Shown: positions 1 to 13,569, numbered from the whole stretch's first letter. The stretch: DNA of 58,102 nt, filler included, from Dugesia japonica (GCA_001938525.1; 5 parts of 5 records of this genome joined end to end with filler, not necessarily neighbours in it), one strand, 5' to 3'. Numbers and translations are program-made. Notes: a model not told the origin generated them from the sequence alone.

Positions 1-347
1 AGGATTAGTGATGTAACGAAACTGTATTCTAATGCATTTAGTTGGAAATTTTTAAAATGACATCATATTAGGTAATATTAGTTAAACGGATTAACTGTGT
101 CAAAATATTTTGCACACAAATTATGACGTACAATTAATTTAATCGGAAAAATTTTATTTTTAAAGAATTAACTGTGTCAAACTTTTTCAGGCTTTTTAGC
201 TGGCGAGCAAAATTTATGTGTACTTACAATTTTTATTCGTATTTTGAAAAGTTTGGTGAATAATTTTTAATTTTGGCTTTCTAGTTGGGAATTTATTNNN
301 NNNNNNNNNNNNNNNNNNNNNNNNNNNNNNNNNNNNNNNNNNNNNNN

Positions 348-860
348 TATTTGGTGTCGTTGAATGAAGTCAATTTTTGATTGGTTCAGGTGAATTTGGT
401 CAACAATTTGCTTGATGAGTTCGAATAAAGTCAATTTTTGGCTGGTTTGGTTGAATGTTTTCTTGGCATGGTCAGTTTGAGAGATTTTTGGGTGGATTTG
501 ATTAATTATTTACTCGGGCTGGTCAGTTTGGATGATTTTTGGTTGATTTCAGCCAATTATTTACTCGGTTTGGGCGATATTGATCAATTTTGTCTAACAT
601 TAGTCCATTTTGTGTAATTTTCAGACAATTTGGTTGAATTGCTTTTCGTGAATAGTCGGTTTTGGACGATTTGGACAAATATTTCCTTGGCATAATCAAT
701 TTGGGTAAAATAGGGGGAAATCGGTCAAACTTGTACTCGGAAATGACCAGTCTGGGTAATTTTTGGATAATCTTAGTCAATTGTTTACTCACAAGGGTCA
801 GTTTTAATGTAAATTTGAACAATAATTTCCTCGATCTAATCAGTTTGGGTTGAATTTTAA
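348..860. repeat. Degenerate tandem repeat, ~51-bp period
   Basis: AATTATTTACTCGG recurs at ~504 and ~555, with many TTTGG/GGTCA sub-motifs. Similar sequence occurs in reverse complement at ~49150-49435. Confidence 0.55.
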
Positions 861-1369
861 CAGATATTGTTGGGGAAAGTCGAATTTCTTAAAATTTTCA
901 AGTTTTTTTTTAGATTTTTTATAGAAATTCGGATGAATTGTTAATGTTTGTTAAAATAATATGACAATTTTTAAATTTTTAATAAAAGTTTTATTGGAAT
1001 CCGGGTCTTCCAAAAATTCGAAAATTTTTTCGATAGTTTTTTATTGAGATTTTTACATTAATCGATTCAGAATGACCTCGGGATCATTTCTGACTAAAAT
1101 AATTTACTTTTAGCTTNNNNNNNNNNNNNNNNNNNNNNNNNNNNNNNNNNNNNNNNNNNNNNNNNNTTACATTAATCGATTCAGAATGACCTCGGGATCA
1201 TTTCTGACTAAAATAATTTACTTTTAGCTTATTTATATTGATTTCATGTTGAGATAAAGCTTTTTTCTTGTCAAGACTACGTGTATATAGTTAAGTGAAA
1301 AATATTTGCACGTGTATATAGGTAATGGAGTTTTAAAAAATCTACGCGGTGCAATAAGAAAAAGGGAAA

Positions 1370-1782
1370 TATAACTTTTTGAGTACTGAATATATAGATA
1401 CCGCTTACAAAATACTTCTATAAAGATTTCGTATTAAATACAATGTTATGGGACAAGTTTTAGGAGATCAAATATAAATTAAATAAACTTAATTTTAAGG
1501 TTCAAATTGAATCGACATTTTCTAAATTGTTCCTATCAGAGAGTTCAAATAAACAGAATTTTCTAATAAGTTTAATATTCAATCCTCAGTTAATAAATTT
1601 CTAAACAAGAGCAAACGTCATAATTTTAAGGAAGAAAAACCATGGAAGAGATTAAAAAAGAAAGATTTAAGCATTTGCAAATTTGAAAAAGGCAATGGAC
1701 TAATGATAATAAACAAGAATNTTTATAAATTTAAAATGATGATGATATTGAATACAAACAAATTTGAATGATTAAACCTAAA
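1370..1782 (+). pseudogene. Penelope-like element, region N-terminal to RT (5' part, split from the RT by an insertion)
   Basis: Translates near 1683-1775 to FEKGNGLMIINKNxYKFKMMMILNTNKFE, resembling the PLE KADKGNxxVI(M/L)DKxDYxxKMxxIL motif. Start boundary approximate. Confidence 0.55.
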
Positions 1783-2693
1783 TGTTGAGATANCTTGGGG
1801 GATTTGGCCAAGATAAGTCAACAATGCGTGAGTTTAGTAAATTTAAGATTAAATAATCCCAATATATTAATGTTATAGAGTTGAGCCTATAAACCTTAAT
1901 ATAGTTACTATAAATATAATGATAATGGATATATAGGCTATATAGTATTCCTTATAAAATAATAAAAATTCACTTTTATATTTAAACTTTATTATAAGCA
2001 ATAACAATTTTACAACGTTTTAAATTTTAAACCTTCGTTGTAAATCTAAAGAAGNTTTAAACGATTGGACGGTTTTTAAATTGGTAATTCAAACTGAATT
2101 TCAATCGCTATTTATACTAAATCTATAGAAAAAACGGAAACCATAATTTAAATAAAATTTATATTAATAATAATAATTGTACGGATATTTATTATAAATA
2201 AAATAAAATTTTACGTATAATTACAATTTTCTTTGATAAATCCACATAATGAAATTCACATTTTACATTTTAAAACAAATAAATCATATATCGATGTTTA
2301 TTCAGTGATAAATCACATGTCGATGTTTATTCGATTCAGTTATTACGTTTTAGAAATTTACAATCAATAAAATATAGAAATAAAACGTTTACATCAAAAA
2401 TAGAATTTTACAAAAAAATATAAAAAAAATTTAGATTGAAAATAAAAATAAAAATTTACAATAAAAATAAAAATAATAATTATTAAGAATAATGATTGTC
2501 AGGATTCAAGATAATCGATATTTTGAACAAAAATATAATATTAGTCCGAATAGTTTGAATAAAAGTATATTGTTAGTCCGAAGTTTTGATTGAATTGTTC
2601 GGATATTGATTTTGAATTGCTGGTTGACTCGAATATTGGATATGGATTGTATTGTATTGTATTGTTGGTTATACGGTTGGTTTTTTCCCAACA
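1783..2693. mobile_element. 911-bp non-coding TGTTG...CCCAACA element (solo-LTR-like) inserted in the Penelope ORF
   Basis: Termini TGTTG (1783) and CCCAACA (2693). Flanks CTAAA/CTAAG (5-bp TSD, one mismatch). Penelope-like coding on both sides. Confidence 0.65.
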
Positions 2694-3950
2694 CTAAGAA
2701 AGAATAGCGTATCATCACCAATTAATGATGAAAATTGAAAAGTAAAAATTTTAAATAAATTTAAAAAAAGGAAATTACATGGATAGTTTAATTTCAAATT
2801 CTATGTTATGCTATGGAAGTCAGCTTGCAAAGCTTTATGGCTTACCAAAAGTACATAAACCTTTATTACCGGTTATATTAATGATAAACACAGCGCAATA
2901 CAAAGTTGCTAAAGTACTTGACAAAATGCCTAAACTATTAATATGTATAGAATAAAAGGATACTTTTGAATTCATAAATTGCTTATAAATAAACAACTGA
3001 TCTCATATAAGGAAATTATGGTTTTATTTGATATAGTTAGTCTGTTTATAATCGTTTCTATAAATGAGACTATCAATATTTGTGTGGATCTCTGGTCAAA
3101 TCATTACGCAAATTTAAACTATAAATTTGATGAAACAGCTAGAAAGGAACTGTTGACATTTTGCTGTAAAGATGTTAATTTTTTATTCAATAATGTTCGA
3201 TTCACTCAGGAAGGTTCTCCTTTGGCACCGACATTAGCATCATTATTTTTGTCTAAAATAGAGTTACGAATTACTAATTTTTCTGGTAATCAACCCATAG
3301 AATACAAAAGATACATAGATGATATCTTCCTTATTTTTAAAGACCAAGATAATATACTACATTTCATTTAATATATGAACAGTCTTCGTTAAAATATGAA
3401 ATTCATTACAGAAGTTGAAAAATGAAAGTAAACTATCATTCTCAGACGTTTTTGTTTGTAGACAGGGTTGCAGCTATATTACTTCACTTTATAAAACACC
3501 AACATACACAGAACTTAATACCACTCCTAGAAGTTTTTGTGATGGTCGATATAAGAATGAATTAATAAAATATTTGGTTCATTGAGTGTGGTGTATATTA
3601 TCAAGGTTTGATATTGCTGATGATGTTCTAAACAAATTAGATAGTAGTCTTCGAGCTAATGTATATAATCAAAAATGATTTATAATAATATAAGGAGTAC
3701 TCTAAACTATCTGTGCTTAACATCAAAAAATGAACATTAAAAATAAACAAGAAAAAATAACTATAAAACTATCATTCTCGAAAGGATCTAAATGATTAAA
3801 ATGCTCCTTCATGAAATATTTTGACGAAAATAAATTTAGATTAATTGTCACCTAAAAGAAATTTCTCTTCTTCAGTTATTTAAGCAACAAATTTACTACA
3901 CCAAAACCTTTGCTCACTAACCTAGTTTATCAATTTAATTTAGGAAATGA
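2694..3950 (+). pseudogene. Penelope-like retroelement reverse transcriptase, degenerate
   Basis: Motifs LYGLPKVHKP, FDIVSLF, GSPLAPTLASLFL, YKRYIDDIFLIF and KLSFSDV, with stops and frameshifts. No GIY-YIG domain seen. Confidence 0.85.
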
Positions 3951-4445
3951 TTAATATTTTTGCGGCCGATATTTATTTCATACTTTGTCATACTTAAACA
4001 CTACAAGTGTGCTTTATATAAAACAATCGTTGCCCGAAATGAGCGCATTCACTATTGCATTGTATCCATCCTATACTGTAGAACCTTGAATGTATGATTT
4101 ACCAGACAGATATATTACAGGGGCAAGTTTCACCATAATAAATTGCAGTTCTAATATTCTTTTAATTTTTTACTTGCTGCTGAGCTCTGAATACATTTGT
4201 TGGGGTTCCACCTGAATTGGGTTGAGAAAAACACGGCTGGGGAAAAACAGCACTCAGAGGACCCTTCCAAGAATTTAACCTAACAACTCTAAGTTAGGCA
4301 TTCAGCATATAGTGGTTGANNNNNNNNNNNNNNNGAGTTGCACGTCCATATGCCTTTGAATTTGGGTTCACTATTTTTCCTATTATCCCGAATTTATCAA
4401 AGGTTAGAATGAGTTAAACAATGAAAACTTTATTTTATCTAATAA

Positions 4446-4844
4446 TTACATAAGATCCAATGCACCCGGGTCTAACCACTGGGTCGGATCAGTCATTAAA
4501 AAATTGAACGACGCTGAATCGTCACTATCATCCGATCGGACCCATGTAGGGTTTCCTAATTGACGGGAGAGGTCTGCAATATATTGTTTTAGGAAGTCAA
4601 TTTTCCGTTGTAACAATAATTTAGACTCGTCCGCGAGTGCTTTGGTCTGAATCTCCAGGTCCTTCTGTTTCTTTATAATTTGATCGAGCCTTTTAATCAG
4701 CGTATCACGTTGTTCCAGATGTTTTAAAAGTGCTCGCTCAGTCTTGCGTTTCAAATGTCGTTCAACTAATAGGCGGCGCAGTATGCGATGGCACCTTCGC
4801 AAATTGTTCGGAAAATTAATACGTGGCACTGAAATAAGATACAT
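4446..4844 (-). CDS. Element ORF4 (copy A): basic N-terminus plus coiled coil, unknown function, open frame
   Basis: 132-aa ORF closely matching 48188-48583 and 38713-38911 (LLQRKIxFLKQYIADLSRQxGN, DPxQWLDP). AATAAA follows the stop. Confidence 0.75.
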   Translation of the reverse strand: MYLISVPRINFPNNLRRCHRILRRLLVERHLKRKTERALLKHLEQRDTLIKRLDQIIKKQKDLEIQTKALADESKLLLQRKIDFLKQYIADLSRQLGNPTWVRSDDSDDSASFNFLMTDPTQWLDPGALDLM

Positions 4845-4946
4845 TGTTAAGTTATTTATGTAAAAATAGTCAAAAGATAATCAAGTGAGTAATTCAGAAA
4901 GAAAACTGTAGTTACGACAAGATGTTTACTTGTAAATTTACAAGTA

Positions 4947-5306
4947 TCAAGGACGCGAGGTCTGACTACCCTTGTCGACCATTAACGGTTTGAGGGGTAT
5001 GGCAGCCTTTAATCTATGGACATCCTGTACCAATTTATTCTCACGGTCTTGGTAGGACCGGATCATCTCGGTAAAAGATTCTAACTGAGCCTTTCAGACT
5101 CTTTCTTGCTTATGAGACGCCTTGGCTTCAGACTTGAAGGTTATGAACTTCCGTTTATATTGACTAGCCTTACTGTTGGCGTTTGCTACATCCGCTTCCC
5201 AGCGACGTTTCGCTAGTTTGTATACATCCCAGGTCATCTCAAGATCTTCACTAGTCTCGCGGTTTTTCTTGGTGGGAGCGACTGGGCGGTTCAGAGAGGA
5301 GTGCAC
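4947..5306 (-). pseudogene. Element ORF3 (copy A): coiled-coil protein with one premature stop
   Basis: TGA at 5096-5094 where copy B has TGG. The frame continues KAQLESFTEMIRSYQDRENKL...VDKGSQTSRP*. Begins at tttag|TG. Confidence 0.8.
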
Positions 5307-5520
5307 TAAAATATTAAAGGTTAATGAAAAGTATTACCATTGATATTACGGAAGAACTCAGAACCTTTTTTAGTTTCATCGACAGAAACTCAAACATTCT
5401 TACGATAACGATAACANAAACTTTCCTTTATTAAAATAATAAAACAGAACTAAGCAAATTATTACTAACTAGAGACACGTATTTATTTATAAAATTAAAC
5501 ATCAAATAATGAAAACACTA

Positions 5521-5863
5521 TTAGTTAGTGGTTGTGTCAGTGACAGGAACGGTGTTTTCGGGATCCTCAACCCCGTGGGTTCCCTAACACCCCATAGTAA
5601 ATTCGTGATAAAAGCTTGCACGACTGGGGATGGGCCGGAGGTTGGTAAGTAAAAGGTGTGGCGTGGTTACGCACTGGTCCATTCCATAGTTGAAAATTCA
5701 GCCTCTCTCCAAAGTTCTGAATGCGAGCTACTGCGGCTTCTACAGGAGGCAGATTCGATTGATCCCCCAAGAAACCTGCATCTCGGTTATTTGGATTATG
5801 GGGGCGCCTGAAAATTATGCGGCGAGTTCTTCGATCGACCACCCGTTCCCATATGGATTCCAT
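5521..5863 (-). pseudogene. Element ORF2 (copy A), frameshifted in its 3' third
   Basis: MESIWERVVDRRTRRIIFRR...SNLPPVEAAVARIQ matches B and C. The LLWGVREP tail lies in another frame. Confidence 0.8.
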
Positions 5864-5988
5864 TTCTAATCAAAATTAATAGTAATTACTACTAAACCAT
5901 AATCAAAATTTATATAAGTATATATGAAATGAAACGTGAAACGAAATAACGCAACATTTAATTAGTAAGGAATTTATTTATTCAGATT

Positions 5989-6169
5989 TTACTCTCCGGA
6001 TTCACCATTTATATCGACTTCCCAGGGGAGGGGATATAATTCCCTAAAACACCTCAGGTCTAATTCATCCGGTGAGAGTATAAGATTGATGACCGATCAA
6101 TTGTCTGAGCCTGTTCTGCTCTCTTTCTCGACAGATCAAGTGCAACGTATCCGTCAGATTTCCAGACAT
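5989..6169 (-). pseudogene. Element ORF1 (copy A), frameshifted
   Basis: MSGNLTDTLHLICREREQNRLRQLIGH / LILSPDELDLRCFRELYPLPWEVD, homologous to 40522-40719. Preceded by ttaattcag and followed by AATAAA. Confidence 0.75.
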
Positions 6170-8231
6170 CTACCTGAATTAAACAAAACAAGAAAACTCA
6201 TTATCTCTAAAACAGGACATTACGGAAAAATAATTGGTGAGAGATATTTTACCCGGTGGTATCATACACTGTCTGCATGGCCCATTACGTTATGACCCTT
6301 AACCGAACATTCCTTACAATGCAGCGGCCCCATACTCAGATAATGCCAATTGTATCATTTGAAAATATTAACAATGGGGTAACTTTGATAACAATAATGT
6401 TATGATGAGGATGGAAAAAAGTTACTACTAATGATAAAGTTGGCAACAACATAACCAGTACCAGGATACTGTTCATGGCCATAATGTTACCACTGACAAC
6501 AATATTAACGGCAATCATAACCATTAAATAAATCAATACTAAAATTAACAATAAGAAATAATAATATTAATCCCCAGTACTCATAATGTAATATTATTAC
6601 TAAGCAACTTAAGATTATGTTCATTATTCTGTACTAGTTATCCTGATTTTATGATTTTATGTTAGTTTTTGGATTTTATGGTGATTTGAGTCAGGATTAA
6701 CGGTTGAGTATTTTATTCGTTAACTTAATATTAACATAATAAAACATTTAATTAAAATCACATAAACCAGATTAAATTCCAGATTTGAATTACCGCGCAA
6801 CGTGGTTGCTTGGTGACCTGGGTACATACCTACTTTATTGATTAGGATGTCACACACATCATTTGATAGGAAGATATTATTAGTCACCGTTCTTATAATC
6901 AACACACTAGGTAGCAGTCAGGAATCTCTTTAGTAACAAGAAGAATTTCACCTTTCTGCGATAACAAATTATTTGCTAGTTTGCAATTATACCTGCTCCA
7001 TGAACCTAACCATTTATTTATTAACTAATGAACTTCAACTCTGGAATTAATTCTCAAAACGACAAAACTCAAATCGTGTAATTTGAAACTCTATATTCTA
7101 TAATTTTGCACTATCCTGATTAATGGTTTGTTATTTAATGAATAAATTGATGTATTTACATTAAATATTTTCTATGACAAATAAAAAAGAAAATTTATTG
7201 AATTAATCATATATTTATTATTAGTTAACTTAAATTCATAACATAAAATTTTAAACATAAAAATTTACTTTCAATAACTTCCAAAATTCTGCAATGGGTT
7301 CTCGATAAAATTTCGCTGTTAGATATTTTATTGTGCATACTTACGGAGAGAGATTTCAAAATTTGGATTCCTTTTTGAGGTTTTGATTATTATGATCGAT
7401 TCTCCTTTCCAAGAGTATTTTCTTTATTACTGATGAATAATTTTTTCGGTTACTAAATACGTGAATTACTTAATCTAATAATCAGATAAAATATTGTTGT
7501 TTTTCGCTTAAAGTCAAGGGNGTTTAAATACCATTTTACCTTATTTGGTATTTGGCCAGTTATTTTTATTTTCAGCTTCTGGCTTCTTATTGGCGTTGGC
7601 GCCAATTTTTAGAAATTTTTCCATATTTTTAGACATTTCATTGGTGCCTATTTTTGGAATGGCACATGATGATCATGTCTTTGTTTTATTTATACTTTCA
7701 GTTTGTCCATTGGTTCGTTTTTTGGAATCCTGCAGTACTCTTCTGGATGATCGTAAGGTTTTTTATCAGTAAAATACTGATGAACCATTCTAAATCCCTC
7801 TGAAATTTTCTTACGCCGAGCTCCTCTGATTTTCTGGAGCAAAGATATTTGGAAAAAACAAATTTTGGATTAATTTTAGTTTATTTTTTAAACTTAATTA
7901 ATTAATATTATTTTTTTGTAATTAACAAATTTTGTTGATAATTTACTTGCTTCTTTAATAATGCTTTGGTAATTTCTTTTAATTGATGTAATTCGGGAAT
8001 GTTGAGTTTGATTACCCGAGCTCTTCATCTTCAACTTCTTATTAACTTAAAAAATTATCAATTTAATCTTCGNTACTGCCTGATCTTTATCTTTGGTTTT
8101 TCTTCTGTTCCAATTGGTTTTGCTGTGCTTTGTATCTATTGTTATTATTCTTTACTCTTCTTCAATCCCTTACGATGCATGACCCCCTGGTCCTACTTTG
8201 TCCGTAATTGGATGTTTCACCCCAACACATT

Positions 8232-8490
8232 GAAGTTTTTTCATTTGTTTTATCTGTTATATTATCCATGAAATCATACAAAATTTCCTTTATCTTATAC
8301 AACTATGATTCTTCAATTTCTTTCTCTTCCTTCTCTCCATCTATCTTTTCAAATTCAGCACGGATTCCAAATTACACCTTCCAATGTTTGAATTTCTTGA
8401 TCTCTTCTTCCACCTGATTTTTCGCGTAATCTGGTGTTTGAACCGATTTCAATTCCACATTTTTCCCTTGAATTAGAGACTGGCGTATGA
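8232..8490 (-). pseudogene. Possible Polinton-type PolB N-terminal remnant, continuing across element A into 3960-4197
   Basis: The 3960-4197 part gives GKSYIQ...NAIVNALISGNDCFI, resembling the GSSYI...AIINxxNxDxxCF region of Maverick PolB ORFs. Heavily decayed, recognised by eye only. Confidence 0.3.
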
Positions 8491-10900
8491 TTCATTGAAA
8501 TCTGATTTACAAATATAATCATTAAAAATTCTTGTTACTCTTCTTCTCTTACTATTTCCATAATTTTCAGTAGAAATCCAAATTTTCATATTTAAATCCA
8601 TAAATTATTCATTCTTTTTTGGAAGCGATTCATCTAGTCCAGTTATTTTTTATAATTTTGAATTCATTGAAAATCTTTGCGGTTAATTTTTTTTACCAAC
8701 ACAAATAAATCATTTTTCAAAAGATGTTTAACCATTGATCTGTCAAATAAGTGAATAAACAATTTTATTTAAAATGAAAAGTTTTAATAGCAAAAGATTA
8801 AAATTGTTGTTTTTTTTCAATATTTCAGCTATACCTTCTTCAGGAATTCTTCAGGAAATCTTCAGTAAATTCTGGTTATAAACTTTGAAATAACAACTGA
8901 AATTAAATTAATTAAATTAATTTGATTAAATTTATTTTTCCATGGTTATTTTTTATAATTTTGAATTCATTGAAAATATTCACGGTTAATTGTTTGCAAA
9001 CATTAAAAAACATCACTTTAAAAAAACTGTTTAACCATTGATCTGTCAAAACAGTGAATAAACAAGTTTAAGTTAAGAATAAAAATTTTAGAGAAGTGCT
9101 TACGACACATCCAAGCATTAAAATTACTTAAATGATATCTCTCGCAAAAATATACAAAGATAAGGAACACTATGAACAAATGGCTAGTAATGAAGATATT
9201 TGTATGATACAAAAGACGAGTTATGCAAATGCGGTGAACTTGAACAGAAATAATGTTGTCGAGTGAATAGAGACTACATATGAGTTATTTGCTAACCAGA
9301 AATAATNNNNNNNNNNNNNNNNNNNNNNNNNNNNNNNNNNNNNNNNNNNNNNNNNNATAATGTTGTCGAGTGAATAGAGACTACATATGAGTTATTTGCT
9401 AACCAGAAATAATAAGAGTTATGGAACAATGACAGTAGAAATGCCTAAAATTTGAGTAAGATCATGTAAGAGAATTGCAAATCCAGTGATGATGAAAAAT
9501 AGAACAAAGATAAACAGACCAGGATCCATTGTATCAATAAAATATTTAGCAAAATGCTATTTTAATCGGAGCACAGAGATCCAATAGCCCTATAAAGAGA
9601 GGCTTCATGAGGGACAATATTATTGTTGGGAAGAACTCGAACACAAGAGATATCAATGTACATTGAAGATCAGATGTTTAATATACGGTAAAACTGTTTA
9701 CAGTTTAAACAATGTCAAATGTTTCAGGGTTGGTCAGGTAAAAGTAATGTCAAAATTATGTGTATTCAGGAAGAATTGAGCGAACAGAAAGAGGGAGATG
9801 GGAGTATAGTTGCATATGACGTTGTAATGGGAAAAAACCAAAACGTCTCAATGGAATTAGCATAAAGAGTGGAGAAAATAATTGAAAATATAATTAAAAT
9901 AGAGACATGTTTGAGAAGGAAGATGATCGAGAGTGGAGTGAAGTGCATATTAATAGAGTCAATTTAGAAATGTTATAGGATTCGGGAGATTGATCCAGAA
10001 TTTATAGGTGGCATTGACGCTATGCATAAATTCGGAGTTACATTGGTTAAAACAATTAACATTGAAGCTGATTGTTTGAAGATAACTCACTCAAATTAAG
10101 AGAGAAGGAATGGAAGAGATTCTCTAGAAGGTGATTCGTTGATCTTTGTGTTAAAGTTAATTAATTCACGAACAAGCATCATAAGTTAGCGAACTTGTAG
10201 AGATCGCAGTTTTCAAATTATCTTTATTTTTAAAGAAAGTGTCAAAGTTTGCATTCATTAAGATTAGAACCGTTGATTGTTTGATGCCAGTGTTTGATTT
10301 CGTCAAGACAAACTAAACCTTATGTGATTTTTTGATTTTATTTCTTAATTGGTGGATATAGAGTTCAGTATATCTCTTTATTTTTGGGAGTGACATTTTG
10401 AATTCTACAAAATTCTTTTGATTATTTAATGTTTCAGTAGGAAGGTTTTCAGTCTAGCTGGAGTCTCAAATTTGTTCTTCAGTTTCAGATGATTTACCAT
10501 TATACTTCTTGAATTTTCTCGGTCAAGGGAAACAAAATAAATAAATTATTTACTCAAAGGGCTGGAGTAAACTGTACATATGTTCATTAATATATAATAA
10601 TTGAAAAATTAATTAAAAAAAAATTTTTTTTTGTCAAAAATGTTATTTTAGTTGAGAATATTTGACTTTAAAAATATTTATAAAACTTTCAAATTTGAAT
10701 ATTTATGGATAATTAGTTTAAATAATTTGTTTACAATTTCGGCTTTCATGATATTTTTAAAATAAATTCGTATTTTTTTTTTGAAATAATTTTAAATTAT
10801 TTTGTTAAAATAATAAAATAAAAAATCAGAATAAACCTAATATAGATTTTTACGTAAATAATATTGTTTTAAAAATCTTTGATTTTGTAATATTTAAATA

Positions 10901-12872
10901 ATGTCTTCACAAGAGGTATATTTAAAATTAATTATATATATATATTAAATTCTTTTGATAATAGGAAGAATTAGAAGTTTTGGATTCAATTTATGGTGAT
11001 GACCCGTGTTTTCAAAAGATATCAAATACGAAATTTCAATATAAATTTGGTAATGATGGCTCTTTCAAATCGTTTTTATTAGAAATAGAATGGACTGAGA
11101 ACTATCCCATGACATCTCCTATTATTAATTTAAATGTTTTTTATAATCAACATACTAATAAAAATTTTAAAACCATTTTATACGATAAATTATCAGCGAT
11201 TGCTTCACATGACATAGAAAATCCCGTAACGTACACATTATTTGAACATGTTCGTGATAATTTAGACGAGTATTTAGATTTAATAACTGTAGAAAATAGA
11301 TCTGAAACATTTGAAGAAAAGGTATGTATTTTTTATCTAAATATTTTTTTTGCTAATGAAATAGAAAGCAGATTATTTTTCAATACGATATTTCATTTTC
11401 TCAAAATAAATTTTATTCATATGATACTTTATGCTGTTATGTACTAATTGGTGGGTTAGACATTTATCATAATATTATGAATTTGGTTATGAAGTTTTCA
11501 TAAAATCAATTATATATTTTAGTAGACTACTGGTTTTGATCGTTATTTTTTAAAATTTAGAGAAATTAAGCATGTTATATTTAAAATTTTATAATTAAGT
11601 TAAATTTTATAAATATTTTAAGACTTTGTTAATTGAATAAATTTTAAAGTAACTATTTTCAAAGTTTCAATAAATTAAAATGCCCACTGTCTTTCCCGGA
11701 TTAATTTGCGCGTGGGAATTATTCGGTTGGACCCAATTTTCTTTAAAATCTAAAGTTGTGTAGCACCATAAAAAGTGGACTGATCCAATGCCCTGTTTTT
11801 AAGTTAATAAATGTGGGTCTTCGCCTTTTTAAGTTATTATATTTATTAATCTACATTTTATCCCAAAAACAAGAAATACTATTCTAGTTTTTATTTATTA
11901 GTAAAAAATTGAGTAATAAGTGTTTCATCTTTTTGTCAATAATACAACAATAGTATATTACCATGGCCATCAAAAAACACTCATATCCATTTCGTTTGCA
12001 TCAAGATTATTTATGATAACATTTTATTGCTTATCCTATGCCTGATATGCTTGTGCAGTATTTTGAAAGCCAGAAGACGCTGACTCTTCATCACAATTGT
12101 CGTTATCACTTTCCTCTCCTTGTTATTTTGTTATTTTATTCTATATATTAGTCATTTATGCAACGTATAGGTAGAATTGTGGTGCCATATCATTCATACC
12201 ATCATTTCTTCATAAAAAGTGAAACTAAATAACTGCATATCGTATACTATATTAAATGCATAATAAAAATAGCATCAAAATGTGTACTTGCACTTTCCTC
12301 GAGCATAGATACTGTTCCTGTCCCAATCAGACCAAAAGCGTTTTAAAAAATTGATCGATATTTTCACCACATTTTTAAAAACATGTTTTCCATTGCGAAA
12401 ACATTACATTTTATTTACTAATCGCTATCTTTTGTCGAGGGTTTAGAGCGATATTACAAATCACCAGTATCTAAATACTCTTTATTAAAACCAGTTTTTT
12501 GACATGAAAACAGACTTATATCGATACTAGTTCTTAAAACAATAGATTAGGGGTGATATGTGTTGATAGAATGCGCCACTAACTATCTTCTGTTAATTCC
12601 AACAGTTATTTTTAGTAATAATTATAATTGTCAAACTATTTTTAATTGAAAAGTAATCTGCTTTTAATAGTTCAAATTTTGAGCCGTTTTTTTTATTTGT
12701 GAATTTCGATTTAATACAGGAAGGTAACACAGATGTGAAAAAAGTAAAAATTAAAAAAGAACAACTTACCAAAGCTCAAAAACGTAAACAACAAGATAAA
12801 CTTGGGGAAAATGGAGAAATACCTCGTGGTAAAGAATGGGTCAGTGTTCTTAGACATTTACAACAACTCTGA
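10901..12872 (+). CDS. RWDD4: RWD domain-containing protein 4; exons 10901-10915, 10965-11321, 12720-12872 (174 aa)
   Basis: GT-AG introns join MSSQE|EELEVLDSIY...WTENYPMTSP...PVTYTLFE...|...KKEQLTKAQKRK...GEIPRGKEWVSVLRHL*. Has the RWD YPxxxP motif and the characteristic RWDD4 C-terminus. Confidence 0.93.
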
Positions 12873-12948
12873 TGAATATTTCTATTAGAATTATTTATTG
12901 TTGANNNNNNNNNNNNNNNNNNNNNNNNNNNNNNNNNNNNNNNNNNNN

Positions 12949-12960
12949 TTAATTAATTAA
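12949..12960. other. Artificial contig linker TTAATTAATTAA (also 22789-22800, ~35077-35088, ~49480-49492)
   Basis: The same 12-mer, with stops in all six frames, is embedded in N runs four times. Confidence 0.9.
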
Positions 12961-13569
12961 NNNNNNNNNNNNNNNNNNNNNNNNNNNNNNNNNNNNNNNN
13001 NNNNTCATCATCAATATCTTCATCGTCACTATCTTCATGGTGTAAATATTTTTATCCAAATAGCATGTGTACATGTTCCAGTCGCCCCGTATAATTTTAA
13101 AATTCTTTTACATAGTTTTCTGAAATTTAATTATTGCATTTGTCAAAATCTTCATTAATAAATCATTTGTAGCTGATGATGATGATAACGTACTATCATA
13201 TGCTGGAAGAATCCGAATCATCATCTATGTCAGAGTTTTTAATTGCATTATGCGTATTTTTAATCATACAAACACAAAATTGAAATTATTCGATGCAGAA
13301 TTAAAAGGCAAACAAAATGATGCAGTTAATACTTTAGTCTGGTGGGTGACAAAATCATTATTAAAGATTTATTATAGATTAATTAAAGATTTTTAAAAAA
13401 ATGTTTAAGATATTTTTTCTTCAAACTATACTTGTCTTATTATTAAAATAAGTGAAGAGTTTTTAAACTATATATATATATATTTATAATTTTAGAAAAG
13501 AATCGGGTGAATTAACAAAACGTTATTCGGTTTAAAATAAATCCTGGAATGGAAAAAATTAAACACTCA

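Larger units (their letters stand above)
4198..8227 (-). mobile_element. Family-1 TGTTGGGG...CCCCAACA cargo element, copy A
   Basis: 9-bp terminal inverted repeat TGTTGGGGT/ACCCCAACA. TSD CATT at 4194-4197 and 8228-8231. Four ORFs colinear with copies B and C. Confidence 0.9.

Noticed and set aside
348-860. CRISPR-like periodicity
   Set aside because: Eukaryotic context, and the units are degenerate tandem repeats without identical repeats and unique spacers.
4446-4465. ORF4 C-terminal ALDL as a CtBP-binding PxDLS motif
   Set aside because: Lacks the Ser, and copy B reads AFDLI.
6255-6335. CKECSVKGHNVMGH zinc-knuckle-like peptide in element A (minus strand)
   Set aside because: The last ligand is not Cys, the frame is short, and it is not seen in copies B or C. 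Not evidence of gag.
6336-6551. Hydrophobic ORFs in element spacers (also 55817-56011) as env-like membrane proteins
   Set aside because: Explained by AT-rich low-complexity or repeat sequence and not conserved between copies.
9150-10070. Possible decayed gag-protease (AILIGAQRS, FIGGIDAMHKFG)
   Set aside because: The catalytic Asp is absent and frames are too broken to call by eye.
12905-13004. TTAATTAATTAA motif repeated four times
   Set aside because: Artificial six-frame-stop linker inside N runs.
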